Source: Raillietiella orientalis
Lineage: Eukaryota
Length of the DNA stretch: 64,000 nt
Assembly (NCBI GenBank): GCA_036172245.1
Contig: JAYWIR010000003.1
Location: forward strand, 6,200,001-6,264,000
Direction of reading: 5' to 3'
Part shown: positions 13,450 to 25,649 of the stretch, piece after piece
Numbering within the stretch: position 1 is the stretch's first letter
Layout: each line of letters opens with the position of its first letter
The notes under the pieces: model-generated
What the model saw: the letters and a program-made list of their open reading frames with translations, nothing else
What the model was told of the DNA's origin: nothing
The model's database searches: none
Made by a program: the position numbers and the translations under genes

Positions 13450-14120
13450 CGAGTTGGGAGTCCTGACTCAGTTCATCGCTTTTGGTCGGCACCCCTTCCT
13501 CTCTCTCAGATACTCTTCGCCGCAGATGCCGTTCAGATCTTGAGGTGCTGCTGGCCGTCCGCTACTCGGGTGGTGGTACTAAGGTTCCACCGGATGCCTC
13601 AGGTCGAGGACCTTGCACTTTTTGGTCCGGGACCCATGAGACCGCTAAGTGTGTACCCGTCACTTCTTGCACCTAATGGCCCTTGGCAAGCGAGAAACAA
13701 AACGCCAGCGCAAAAAGGACGTCGGGAAAACTGCGCTGAACATTTTCCGTGATGAGCACCCATCGTGCTCTTCAGCGAAGACTCACCATTCGGGCCAACG
13801 CGCCATCCCTTCGTTAGTCTGATCCAGCTGGACAGCTGGGTTGTCCAAGTGGATCACGGAAACCTGCCAGAGTTCAAGTGTGGGGGATTCACAAAGAAGC
13901 GTAGGAGGTGATAACCCAAAAACACGTTTGCCGCCAAGCAAGGACCCATTCTTGCTCTTTGATACTCAGACGAAGCAATGAGGATCAAACAGATTGAGCG
14001 TTTCCTTCTTTTGGAATTGTGATCTGTTGTGACCACCAGTAGAAAGTGGGAGCTCTCAAAGTCCACACCGAGTCTGGATGTTCCCGGAATGAGTTTGCAT
14101 GCTGCCACTGCACGAGTGGT
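13450..14120 (+). mobile_element. Decayed BEL/Pao-like RT fragment
   Basis: ILRCCW..VVLRFHRMP (~LRFLW..YRFTRVPFG), PSLLA, NIFRDE (~NFYVDD) and KW..LDVPG. Confidence 0.35.
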
Positions 14121-14339
14121 TACTCTTGAAGAGAATCGGGACTCATTACTTGAGACACAGGAGTACAGGAAACTCAAATGCATTCGATTTTCTGAGCAGC
14201 TCAGCCTTGAGGTTGAGTGACCTGCAATGATTTCGTTGCGTTTGACTCTTCCTCAGAAATGAGTGACTGAGAAAGTGGCATTTCCATCCAAAGATGTGGT
14301 CCATCCAACTCACGGTAGAGAACCTGAGTCATGACTCTG

Positions 14340-14790
14340 TTTTTTTTTTTTTTTTGTCCGCCAAGTACTGAACAACCGTTCGCCTGGAGGCTCGCGAAGT
14401 TCCTTGACGCGAGTGCACGCCACCCGAGGGTGAGTGTAACTCTTTAAGTTAGGGGACAACCCTATAGAAACCACCCTGTGAACCCAGGAAGGCTCCGGAG
14501 GAAGGAGTCCTTTCCTCTTACTCTTGGGAGGGGACTCCGGAGAGAACCATCTCCTTGATGTCCTGTAAGGACCCTTGAGGGTCCAATTCCAGTCCTGGAC
14601 ACTCAACGGAGGCACTCGATTTCGGGCTGCTTCCACCAGTGCCGCACGAGAAGTCTACATGCCAACCAGCGTCATCCTGTGGGGGGGGGGGTCTCGAAAC
14701 CCACGACGCGCGCATTTTTTGTTGTCGATCCTTCCCCGGGCGGGATTCGAACCCGCAACTCCAGGTGCCACACGGCCACCAATGCGGGCC
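14340..14790 (-). mobile_element. SINE-like repeat, copy 4 (internally deleted, poly(A) tail)
   Basis: Head GGCCCGCATTGGTGGCC...GGTTCGAATCCC (14753-14742). Tail region matches 615-800. The T run at 14340-14355 reads as poly(A) on the minus strand. Confidence 0.75.
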
Positions 14791-16410
14791 AACTTTGTAT
14801 TTTTCTCAACATCTCCCAGATCGGGAGAGTTTTGATGGCACTTCTGGTTCTCAGGATCTACTGATGCAGACTAGTGAGAAGTGTAGCATCCTGAGTGGAT
14901 GTTTACCGTTTCCTTCCTCTCTCCTCTTCCCGGATGTATGGATGACTCATGTGGTCTTTTTCCAATATGATGGTCTCCCTGTGTAGAGCGTGGTAGCTCT
15001 TTTCCTCACCTCACAACACTCGTTGCCATTGCTGGCACGCCCTATCATTTGGTTTGTCTTGTTCCTGTTTTCTTTTACTCCTCCCAGTCGTTCTGGTTTG
15101 TTCACGTCATCGCAGAAGGCATTCTGTATCCGTGGAGACAAAATGGATCCTCTAATAAATACTTTGCATCTCGACTTTCATCTAATCACGCTATGTGCAC
15201 ACAACTGGTTGACATCTGCATTTTTTTTTTTTTTTTCTGAGAGAAGGACTGCTTTCAGGGTGACATTTAGAATACCGGAAGATGGCGAGTTGTGCGTTCC
15301 TAAGGCATCTTTGGAGTTTTTCATGATGCGAAGAGTCACGCTCCTACAGGCTGATGAACCAAAGGTACTCCTTGCTGCCTCTTCGAGCCAAGCTCTTCTG
15401 GACTGATGTCGAGATTCTTGTTCAGATTCACTTCATGTTCAGATCCGGCTCTTGGTTCTCTGAGAAACACATCTTTGTCAGCTGATGTTGAACTTCATGT
15501 GAACTCTTCGACAACCGCCCACTTGCCGACATTCGACTTCAACGTTTATGTTGTTTTGCGATGCCGCATTTCCTCAGAACCAGTAATTTTCAACACTCGA
15601 TCGAACGAGAACAGCCACTTTATTAAGCCCTTTTTTTACTTTTGTAGCATCCAACTTCTGCTAAGGTCTAGGAAGGACGGTGACTCCTGACTACGTTGAG
15701 ATCTTTGGAAGAGAGCCTTTGGACATGGGAGTTCGGCTACTTAGGTGCAGTCGGTCAGACGAAGGGCTAAGACTTGCCCTCTGCTAGCCGTTCGTACAGC
15801 TGGAAACTGAGAAGCCCTGCAGCTTCTCTTTCCGTATTTGAGCTCAACACATGAGGTCCTCCAGATTGGGAGATCGAAGGCCCCCTAGAGAGGTTCTTTG
15901 CACTTGTGATAAACCCATAGCCGGACCATAAGAGAAGAAGGTTTTCCAAAGCTTCGAATCGAGACTTCCGTTTTCAATCAACGAAAAGCAACGAGGATGC
16001 GCCATGGATTAGTCACTCCTCCCAGAGCAATAGGAGGGTGAGATTCTCGGACAGAAAAGAACAGAAAGGTAGGGTTTACGAGGGTCGCATTTGTCACTTT
16101 CCCTTCTCCCGAAGGGCAGTTTTCCATCGGTGGGAATCAAAGTGGTGATCAGAAGTCGGAACTGAGTTCCTGGAGTCCTGTCCACTGCTTACGACATGTC
16201 AGTGTTGGTAGCATGCGCCGCATGTCAGGCACGGACAATGGTTTGTCCAAGGCATTAGAGATGGTGAGGGAAGATGCTCTTTGTAGGGCAGAAGGCTTCG
16301 GTGGCTGCAAGCCTGCAGCCCGCAATGCTTCCCATGCGTTGGTTCCGTCGCAGCCAATGGGGTTCGTCTCTCTTTGCGAAGGTTTTTTGGCCCTTCCGTG
16401 ATGGGGAGTA

Positions 16411-16560
16411 GTGGGCCGATTCCGGAGGTACTGCAATACCGGGTCAATCCGCGACAGGAGAGGAGCAAGCTCCAAGCATCCCGTCCACTTCCAAAAAGTA
16501 TTTTAATATACTGGCCACCAGATAGGTCGAGTATCAGATATTAAGCTGATAAGAACAGAT
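16411..16560 (-). ncRNA. U2: U2 snRNA 3' portion (from about nt 38/39), disrupted copy
   Basis: Minus strand reads ATCTGTTCTTATCAGCTTAATATCTGATAC..., then an Sm-site-like ACTTTTTGG, GGAGCTTGCTCC and the stem-loop IV sequence CCGGTATTGCAGTACCTCCGG. An intact copy of the first ~37 nt of U2 was not found. Confidence 0.93.
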
Positions 16561-17890
16561 TTATTTATGAAAGGATTCAAAAAAGGTTTAAGAATTAGCC
16601 ACTATGGCTCTGCCCAATCTTCCTATCCTTTCTTCCTGACAGATGATAAGCATTGGTTTTCACATGGTTGTCAAGGTTGCTTCGGCATCCAGGAACTCCC
16701 TCGGGTCACAAGCATCGTCTGGTGCTCGTCCTGATCAATGCTTCCAGTAGACATCCCTATTGCAGCGAATGACGGAAGAGACCATGAGCTTTTTCATTCT
16801 ATTCGCATATCTTCTAAGGATGCCCTTCTGTCTGAGGACTCCATCATTCCTAGGATCCCAGGATCCTAAGACTCCAACTATAATGGCATGGACATCCACT
16901 TTCATTCCCCCTCGGGAGAGTAAGTGCGCGATTTGTTGGTACTTTTTTTCTTTCTCCCGCCTGGCAGCGAGAAATGCTTCCTCCTCATTCTCAAAGGGAC
17001 AAGAGGCATCCAACATCACTATTCTGTTGTCTTTCTGGAGGACAAGGTCTGGTCTCAATGATGAATTTACACCCAGGACTTGCTGGTTCAGCCTCCATCC
17101 AGCTGTTGAAGTGGAGGTTTTCTTCATCCTATCCATGATGACATTGTGCCGTTATTGGTAGAGGGGGGAATGTCTCATGCAATGATTTAATATATGAGGC
17201 AAAGTTTCATCCCATTTACTATATCGACGGCAAAGCCGATCCTGTTCTGGTCTTCTTAGTATTCCTCCAATCGGCAAGCGCTTTAGCCTTGCTGCGTGGA
17301 TAAAACGGCAATCCGCGAAACGCAGGTAGTCACCACTTGTTAGAAAGCAGCTGAAGACTTGATGAGACCGACGCACCGCATGGCTTTCCCTTGATCAGGG
17401 TGCTCATTAATTAGGGAAAGCCATGCTGACTCCGAATTGTCGAAGCAACCTTCTTTCTGTGAGTAACATCGATAATCACCTCCGAAATACAGATCTTAGG
17501 GTCACCTATTCCCAAGGTGCAGACGGCCTTCTTAAGACCTGTCTTCCCACTGTCCATACGCTTCTAACATCACCACCGTCACGGTGAAATTTTTTATTTG
17601 TATCCGCCGACAGATATTTTGCAGGATCCTCGTCTGTTGGTGATGAAAGAGCTTTCTTTCCAAACCACCTCCTGGAGAGAACCCATTGCACGTTGTTTAA
17701 CTGTGGCATCCGGCGAAGACACCCAAATCCGAGGAGCTCAAAGCAAGAGTCCAGAATGAAGGTGTCAGCTTCCTTCGACAGCTTCATCATTCATTCTTCC
17801 TATCACCGTAGATGTACTCATCGGCCGCTGATGGAGTAATTCCTTCGTCATCCGTCCAACCTCCTTATCAAGATAAGCCCAGTCACCCTC
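16561..17890 (-). mobile_element. Utopia-type (NeSL-clade, RLE) non-LTR retrotransposon, 3' part, decayed
   Basis: Broken ORF with ADEYIYGD, PDQGK, RFIHAARL, a zinc knuckle CRRx..ETLPHILNHC, RHN and an RLE domain RPDLVLQK..MLDASCPFEN..KEKKY..IIVGVLGSW. A ~175-nt 3' UTR ends CATAAATAA directly at the U2 sequence. Contains stops and frameshifts. Confidence 0.9.
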
Positions 17891-19020
17891 CGGATGCGTT
17901 CCCCGTCTTGCAGAGTGCATGAGACTGGTCCGTCCGTCGTTCGATTCTGGGCAGGATCACATCGCGCGCGTGCCTTCGACCGGGCCAGGGAGAGCGGTTC
18001 GTGAGTCTCTCGCCACTTCGAGGTCTCGCCTAAACTGACCCTGTCCGCAACGAGCGGGAAGTGTCCGGTGCGCTTGCAACCGTTTCGCTGCTCACCTGGT
18101 GTGGAAAGTCCCCCCTTGGGAAACGGGTTGCAGAGAGAAAGAAGACGCATCTCAAACGAATTCCTCTCTTGGCCTCCTTCCCCATTTGGTCTTCAGCCGG
18201 CCCTTATTAGTAGCAACTGCGCTTTTTCCGCATCCGTGTGGGGGATGGGTTTTCCTTTTTCTCTTGGTCCAGATTCTTTCCCGCGTTCGAAGCCAGAAAT
18301 GTCGGAATCTGCTTCCTGGAACTTTTTGGCAACTCTTTCTTCAGGCTCCACTGCTGATCTGACAAAGTGTTCCCATGTGCGGTGAGGAATCCTCGGATCC
18401 AGTCCATCTTGTCGATTCTTCGCTGTTATCATTCGGACTCTCCATGATTCCCTGAACTGTCGGCAGCTGGACTCCCGAATGCCCTCTCCAGGAATCGCAT
18501 CGGTGAATCTGCGACCGAGGAGCTGACACGTGCAGGAAACAAAGAGAAAAAAGGAAGGCACGGCCTCACTGTGCTTCACAGGGGGTCTCCGATGGCGTGA
18601 GATACTGCAGCTCAAGGTCTCGACTACTTATTTGCCCGTGTGCTCCTCCAGTCATTCATCCACCGGGACGCGCCCTTCCAGTGCCGACGCCTAACATATT
18701 GACCAAAGAGGAAGTCTGCAGGGAGTTCCCGTCTTGAAGGCGCAGAACGGTGTTCCCTTCCGCTCAACCATTTTTGTGACACCGGGACGGTAGGCGAGCA
18801 ACCATCACGCGCTTGGAAAGGCGCGGACCGCCCCTTAAGACCCCCCCTGGGACCACGTGGCTCGAGCCTCGGCACGTGTAGCCAAGCACGGATTCCTGCA
18901 TATTCGCGCTCCGTGTGCTGAGAAGCGCCCGCCAACCAGGAAGTGCGTGCGGCGCGGATGGCGCGTTGTGAATCCCCACAGATTCCCATTTTATGTGGGT
19001 ATCCTACCGTAGTAGTTACC
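17891..19020 (-). mobile_element. Possible 5'/N-terminal part of the same Utopia element
   Basis: Only weak degenerate zinc-finger-like and N-terminal peptides (GWRALL..YTC, SCTCQLLGRRF, WIRGF..LSDQQW). GTAGTA, the U2 sequence preceding the target site, lies at 19026-19021. Confidence 0.35.
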
Positions 19021-22000
19021 TACTACCACAAAGTGTAGTAGTATCGCGCTTGCTCCTTCCTCCTGCCCTTTTCCTCCTAAATTCTCGCTATCCCTCCACC
19101 TACGGATTTGTCCCTAACGGAGAATTTTGCTTGCAGTTGCTTCCCCATCCATCGCCGGACTTGTCGGCAATAAGGCTGCTTTCTCGAGAACTCTTCTTCT
19201 TTCGGAGTTGCAGCAGGTCCTTCCCCGCGCCGCCATTGCACTGGGTGCTGGGAGTTCGCCACCTGGACTTTGACGACACGCCCCTGTTAAAGAGAAAGGT
19301 TTGAGAAGTTTCAGCCTTACGACAAAGGACGTGCTCCCAGGAAGAGCCCAACACGGTTTCTCACCGGGACGCTTCAGCTCACGAGAGGCCTCTCGGATCA
19401 CCAGTCCCCGCGCTGTGGTGCGTTCTTGGAGATGGCGGCTCCTCGAGCAGCGGAGTCTTCAAGAGTCCGCCGCTCCCTGGAGAGCTTTTCGCCTGGCTGC
19501 AGCCTCCGTTCGCATCTCTCCGCGGATCTTTCCCACGCTCCCTGGCAGCGGCGATCTCCCCGAGTCGCATGGAGTCGCCAGGCACCGACTGTCGTCCTTC
19601 CTGACCAGAAGGTTAGACTTTCCGGACGGAGCAAGCGCCTGAGAAAGGAAGGACGGGCATCCTGCGTGGGAGCGGCACCGCTGGCTCCCTGAGGGAAAAG
19701 CTAAGCCTCTGCTCCACCCGCTCTACTGTCTAGACGTCAGGAGAAGTCAGGCCTGTCGGATCCCCTTGGCGGCACAGCGGCAGGGAGGTGACCCTCCCTC
19801 CGTAACTGCCATGGCCGCCGTCTTCTGCAGTGCGACTCTGCCGATGGGGGAGAATTTTTCCGATCAGCACCCTCCCGTTCCGGTCCTCGGAAGGAATGGT
19901 CCCGTCTCTGGCTGTTCCGGAGTCTCGGGAACGCTGAGCGCGAAGGGAGAGAAGCGCTCTCGGAGGTGTCTTTTCGTTCCCTTCCGCCCTTCCCTTTGCC
20001 CGACGGCTGGAGTTTCCACCCTCGCCGCTCATCTCGCGTCCCGGAAGGGGGATCTTCTTCAAAGGCTGGAGGGCATGGGGTGAGGAGCAGGCGCTGAGCG
20101 CATTATCCGTGATGAATCTCCAAGGGAAATCGCGCGACAACAGCTCTGAGCGCCGAGCTCCTCAGGGGAAGGGCGCAGCGTATACCCTTTTTTCCGCAAG
20201 ATCACGAGGGGCAGGAGGTCCTCGCTGCCCTGTGAGATTCTCGCGGAGGTGCCTTCGGCTGTTGATGGCCGGAAACCGGAATCTTCCGTTTTCTCTGAGG
20301 CAGGGACTCGTTGCGAAACCTCGCTGGGAACGCGGTCTTTGGACTCCGCTCGCCTGCTATCCCGTTCCCTCCCATCCACTTTCTCCCCCTTCCGGATCCT
20401 CTTTTCAATATGTACCACGGACCTCGATCCACGGTGCGCAGCCTGAAATGGCAGGACGCGGATAGGTTAGGAGACGCTGGTGGAATTCGCGGGAAGGAGG
20501 AAGGAAAGTTCCAGAAAAGTCCGCAACTCCCTGCCCTTTCAGCCTCGCTATCCGCCTCTAAGGAGGGTTCCGCTGCAGCTCCCGATTAGCTGGTGTTCTC
20601 TCCGGCTGACCGCACGCAAGCGACCTCCCAGGTGGCTGCTCGAGTCTAGACCAACGCCGCAGAAAGCAGAGGGGGGGGGGGGGAGAGAGAAGGAGGAGGA
20701 GGAGGAAGACGAGAGGAATGAAGGAAGAAGTAAGGAAGAGACAAGAAAGGTAGGAAGAGGAGAAGGGGCTGAGGAGGCGAGCAGGGGAACTTTCCTGCGT
20801 GCCCGGATGCGTCCGAAGAGGAGGGACCGGGAGGAAAAGCCAAGTGGTCGCGAAGAGCACGAAGTTCGGGTGTTTTCTCGGCGTGGCCTGACTGCGAGAC
20901 CTGCACGGGAGGAGCGGAGGAGAAGCAGCGAGAGTGAAAGTCTGTCAGCGAAGAATCCAAGGCGGCGGCTGGAGGGTGGCAGAGGGAGCGGTCGCGGACA
21001 GGAGGTCGGAAGAGAAGAAGAGAAAAAAGAGAGAGACGGATCTCGCCCACTCTCTCTTCTCCTTGATCCATGCTGGAAAAACTCGAGCAGCACCGACTGC
21101 TGTCCGTCCCCTGCGAGCTGGGGAGCCAAAGAATCCGTCGCAGGTCGAGCGGTTGGTGAGGGAGTGTAGGAGGAGGACCCCCCCGCCGTTCAGACTCCTC
21201 CGCTTCCCTGAGAGCTGGAAAAAACAGGAGGAGCGACGGGGTCCGAAGCGCCGCGAGAAGACGGCGCGCGGCTCAGTTTCCTCCAGAAAAAGGGAGGGTT
21301 GTCTCCAGAATCCCTGGTTTGAAAGTGAGGCATCCTGTGAGCCAGCTCAGGAGATCACGTGGCGATCTGCCTTCCATATGGAAGTTGGCGGCCCCCCCCA
21401 TCAGCTCAGCAGCATCCTTCCTCCATTCAGCCTGTGCGATGGAGGGAGGAAGAACCAGACTCGGTAGGGTAATCCGAGGGAACCCTCGAGTTGCTCTCCC
21501 GAGTTCCTGACGTCTTCGCGAAGGGAAAACCATGAATCAAAGTGACGCCAGCCGAAGACCAAAAAGGCATCGACTACATCGAAGATGGTCATAAATTCCG
21601 CTGTTTTGCAACGAAGGCCACCGTTCCTTCCTCACCCCTCTCCGAAAAAAGAGCGGAACCAAAAAAAGAAAGGAAGAAGAAGAGAGGAAAGGGCATGCAT
21701 TCTTATTTGGGCATCGTGCAGCAGCCAGTCTTCTGAGGGGAGCATCCACGAGGTCCGATTAAAGAGGCGAAATCTGGCTGCACTTTCTCCCTTCGGAACC
21801 AGAGGAAAGAGCAGCATCCGAACAACGACGGAACCCTCCAGGGACGGCACGGCACGCGCCAGCAACAGAAAAGGCGGCGAAACGTCCAGCGTGCCAGTTG
21901 GGAATTTTTTCTCTCCTGATCTTCGACATTCAGCCGGGATGGGAAAATTACTTTTGCGAGTGGATAATGGGTGGATGATCTCACGCGCTCCTCTGCGCCT

Positions 22001-23079
22001 GTTCTTAAGAGAACGGGGCAGAAGAAAAGCGAACTGGTAACCTCGAGACAGATACAGGAGCGTTGCGCAAACTCCAGATCCGGTGGGAGGAAAATTCGGG
22101 TGACCAGGAAAAGCCGACGTGATTCATCAAGGGACTCAGAGCCAGTCATCTCCTACAGACCCGTCATGGGAAGAAGAACAAGAAGAGGATGGGGAAGAGA
22201 GAATTTCGCTCGACTACGAAATCGGAAGATACCTAGCAAAGATCCGTTGACCTCGACGGGTTCCATCGCAAAGACAAGATCTCTCGTCTCCGGTTCCTAT
22301 AGAAAGAGACTGACTCAGTAAGAAGAAAAAAAAAAAAAATGGATTTAACAAAACGAGACCAAGCTTTGGTACCTTGGAAACTAAAACGAAGACCCTCGTT
22401 CCAGTTTGTTCCCTCAAACGGAGGAAGACCTTACTCTGTTTGAGGGTCTCGGGAGTGAAGGGCTGAATAGTGACCCAGGGGTGGAGGCTGGAAAGGAGGT
22501 CAAGCGCCTCAGCGAAAATCCAAAATTTTCAGCATGGTAGGAAGAAAAAAAAAATGAAGAGATAACGAAGACGCTGATTTTCTGGTTCTGAGAAACGAAA
22601 ACCGGAGAGAAGCATCCCTGGTTTGACGTCTTAGAAGCTTTGTCTGAGGGGAGCGAGAAGAATGGGTGGGTAGCGGAAGAGAACTGGAACAGATCTGCTC
22701 TTCCGTGCAAATCGATTTTGCCCTGTGGAGAACTCAAGATGCAGGGCTTCTGGAACTTTCCAGCAAGCCCGGGACGAAATCGAAATTTGGGAAATTTGCC
22801 CTTCATCCCCATCCATAGACAGGAAAGCTTCACATGGACAGGAGATCTGCAGGGCTCTGCAAAAATTTCGGCAGCGAAGGTGAGCAGCAGGGTACAAGGG
22901 AAGAAAAGTCCAGAGTCCTTAGGTAAGCTTTTTGGCTCAGCATCAGCATCCCTCCCCTCGAGCGAAGGCAAGTTTCCATCGCTCCCCTGCAAATCCCTGC
23001 CTTCTCAGGAACCATCTTCTGTTTGCCCACAAGGGGGAGGAGGGAAGCGTGTATATTCGGTGCATTCTTTCACTCGGGT

Positions 23080-23400
23080 TCCTCGTCCGAGTAAAAGATC
23101 TTTGGTGGGATTTAAGCCTTCCAGATGCTGGCTGCTTTTAATTTGAGCAAAGCATTCTCGGACATCCAGGAGAGGAAGAAAAAAAAACTCAGATCCATCC
23201 CGTTCCATGGCGTCGAATTCATTGCTTATCAACCTGTTCTAATGAAGATCCGAGGAAAACAAAAACAACAAGCTCAGGGCGGGTCCCTGTTTCTGGACCA
23301 TCAGGAGAAAGAGGTAGGAATCCGACCACAGAGCTCCTCGACTTTCTACACTTTTCGAGGCCTTGCTGTACAAAGAAGGTTAGGATGCGAAAAGTCTGTC
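23080..23400 (+). mobile_element. Possible decayed LINE RT fragment
   Basis: AAFNLSKAF..KKLRSI..HG (~FLDLSKAFD..KL..G) followed by GIRPQSS (~GVPQGS). Confidence 0.3.
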
Positions 23401-24877
23401 TTCGAACTTTCTCACCCTAACCTGTCTTCTCCATCCAGGGCCTGGTTGGAGAAGACAGATTAGGGTGTGATTTCTTTCTGGAGCAGGAAGGACGGGGATG
23501 CCGGAATTCCCACACAGCATCTGAATCCCGGTGGGGCAGAAGGCGTGAAACAGCGGCCTCTGAGACCAAACCGAGACAGGAACGAAGGTAAAGAACTCAG
23601 GAAGCGCGTAGCGGGCGGAGTCTGGACAGTCTCCCCACTGCAGAGACGAGCAGCGACGGGTGCAAATGCTGCAGTGGTTGAGTGTCTTTATGAATCGGAG
23701 TAGGAGACGTGGAAAGAAAGAAAAATGCTGGAGGCACGAATGCTGGAAGGCGCCGTAATGCCTTTCAGAGAACAGATGGCCAACAAGATGAAACAGAGAG
23801 GAAGAGGTTGCTTTTCTAGGCCATTCTTTCTTCTTGACGTAACATCATAAGGTTCTTATGGAAAGCTCAGAAAAAGATTTCTTTCACGAAATTTACATCC
23901 ATAGTGGTCCAGTGGGAATGCTGAAGTAAAGCAACATCAGAACAGCCCCCGGAACATGCACAAAAAAGTCCTTGAGCCTAGAATCAAGAGGGCACGGACG
24001 CTTCTTTCCAATGCCTCCGCAGTCTGCATCCTCCTAAGATGCACATCGGTTCAAAGGAGGAATTCACTTGTGCCTAACTCCCGTTGTTAGGAAAGCAATG
24101 ACAAAACGACGCAGGTGGTCCGTATCCTAGTTACCCGTCTCAGATGGCGTTCCCAGGTCAGTTTCCGTTAACTACGGAGAAGACCGTTATTTTAGTCTCA
24201 TGAGGCTAAGATATAAGAATAAGCACATACCCCTCTCCTCCCTATATAGATTCCAGTGGTCGTCGGGGATACAATCATGACATCCGTTCTTTCGAGGAGC
24301 ACAAGCAGAAATCGGGAAAAGTCTCTTTGTTCGATGGAGAATGGGAAACCAAAGTGGACACCAAAGATGAGAGCACCACTGAAGCCCAGGATCCCTTTCC
24401 CGAGGGTTCTCTCTTCTGCCATGGGGTGAGGAGTTCACAAAGTCACATCCACAAATGGCAAGAAGGGCTCCGAGCTCATCCCTTCCAGGTTTATGTTCAG
24501 ATGAGCCAACCCCTTCTTCCTCGGAAGTACCTCCAGAGAGATCTCTCTCAAAGTCAGAGACATCTCTCGTTGCCTTCCTTCCCGGAAGAGGGGGTGGGGA
24601 AGGGAAGGAAGAACAGACGAAGGTCCAACAGCCACACACGGCGATGCGTGCCAGGCGCCCGCAACCGGACTCCTGAGACTCCTGAGACTTGGCCGCTGCA
24701 TCGTCCTGCTGGCGCTTCGCATCCAGGAAACCAGAAGGACCACGAATGACTGCCGTCTCGCTTAAAGAAACTCGGTCTGCGGACCTCCAGCATCCGCTCT
24801 TCTCTCCGAACGGGTACCGAGGCCTTCTGCTTGCCCCAAGGTCTTCGAGTTGCACGCTCGCGCTCTGCTCGCTCTCA

Positions 24878-25450
24878 GACGTCGGACCCCACCCGTTCCG
24901 CCGTAGCCACATACCCGCATTGGCCTCGGGTGCGACAGCAGTGGGAGCTGGATGCCCCCGTTGACTGGCCGGGACTGGAAAAAGTAGAACTTCCCTCTGG
25001 AGTCCTTCCAGGATTCAAAGAAGGAGATGGTTCCCTTTTTTTTTTGATCCTGGAGGGAATCTCCTCATTCTCTCCGGAAGAGTTCCCTGAATGGGTCCTC
25101 TCCTCATTTTTCCTCCGAAGGGAGCCTCTCCTTGTTTCCTCCTCTGAAGAGAACCCCGAAGGGATGCTTCCCAATTTCTCTGAAGGGTCCTCCCCCCCAG
25201 GGGAGCAGCGCGCTTCACATTCTGGAGAGGTGTCAATTCACCAACTTCATAGATCGAGGGTCTCCCCCTGAGGGAAGGGGGGAAGATTCATTTTTACAAT
25301 CCAAGGGAAACCCCGAAGGGAATGGACTCCTTGATTCCTGGAAAGATACCGGAGGGTCCAATTCCGATACCAGCCAATTGACGGGAGCATCCAGTTTGGG
25401 TGCTTCCATCGGTGCCGCCGCACTCGAAGCCACCCGGTGCCGACCAGCGT
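24878..25450. repeat. Inverted repeat pair (arms about 24878-25035 and 25315-25450) made of SINE body sequence
   Basis: The reverse complement of 24940-25020 (TTGAATCCTGGAAGGACTCCAGAGGG..CCAGTCAACGGGGGCATCCAG) matches 25331-25394. Confidence 0.75.
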
Positions 25451-25586
25451 CATCCTGGAGGAGCAATTCGAAACCCAGGACTCACCTTTGTTCTCGGAGT
25501 CGACGCTTCCCCGGGCAGGATTCGAACCCACAATGCTTGGTATGCCACGCGCGAAGACCGCCTCCAGGTGACCTGCAACGCGGGCC
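25045..25586 (-). mobile_element. SINE-like repeat, copy 5
   Basis: Head GGCCCGCGTTG...GGTTCGAATCC (25528-25518). Body matches copies 1 and 3. Confidence 0.75.
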
Positions 25587-25649
25587 GGCGTGGGAGGATT
25601 CATGGGGTGGTGGTTTCTCCGGGATAACCCCCTAACCTGGAGAGTAACA

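Noticed and set aside
20480..21169. Glu/Arg-rich 229-aa ORF
   Set aside because: It is generated by a purine-rich low-complexity tract.
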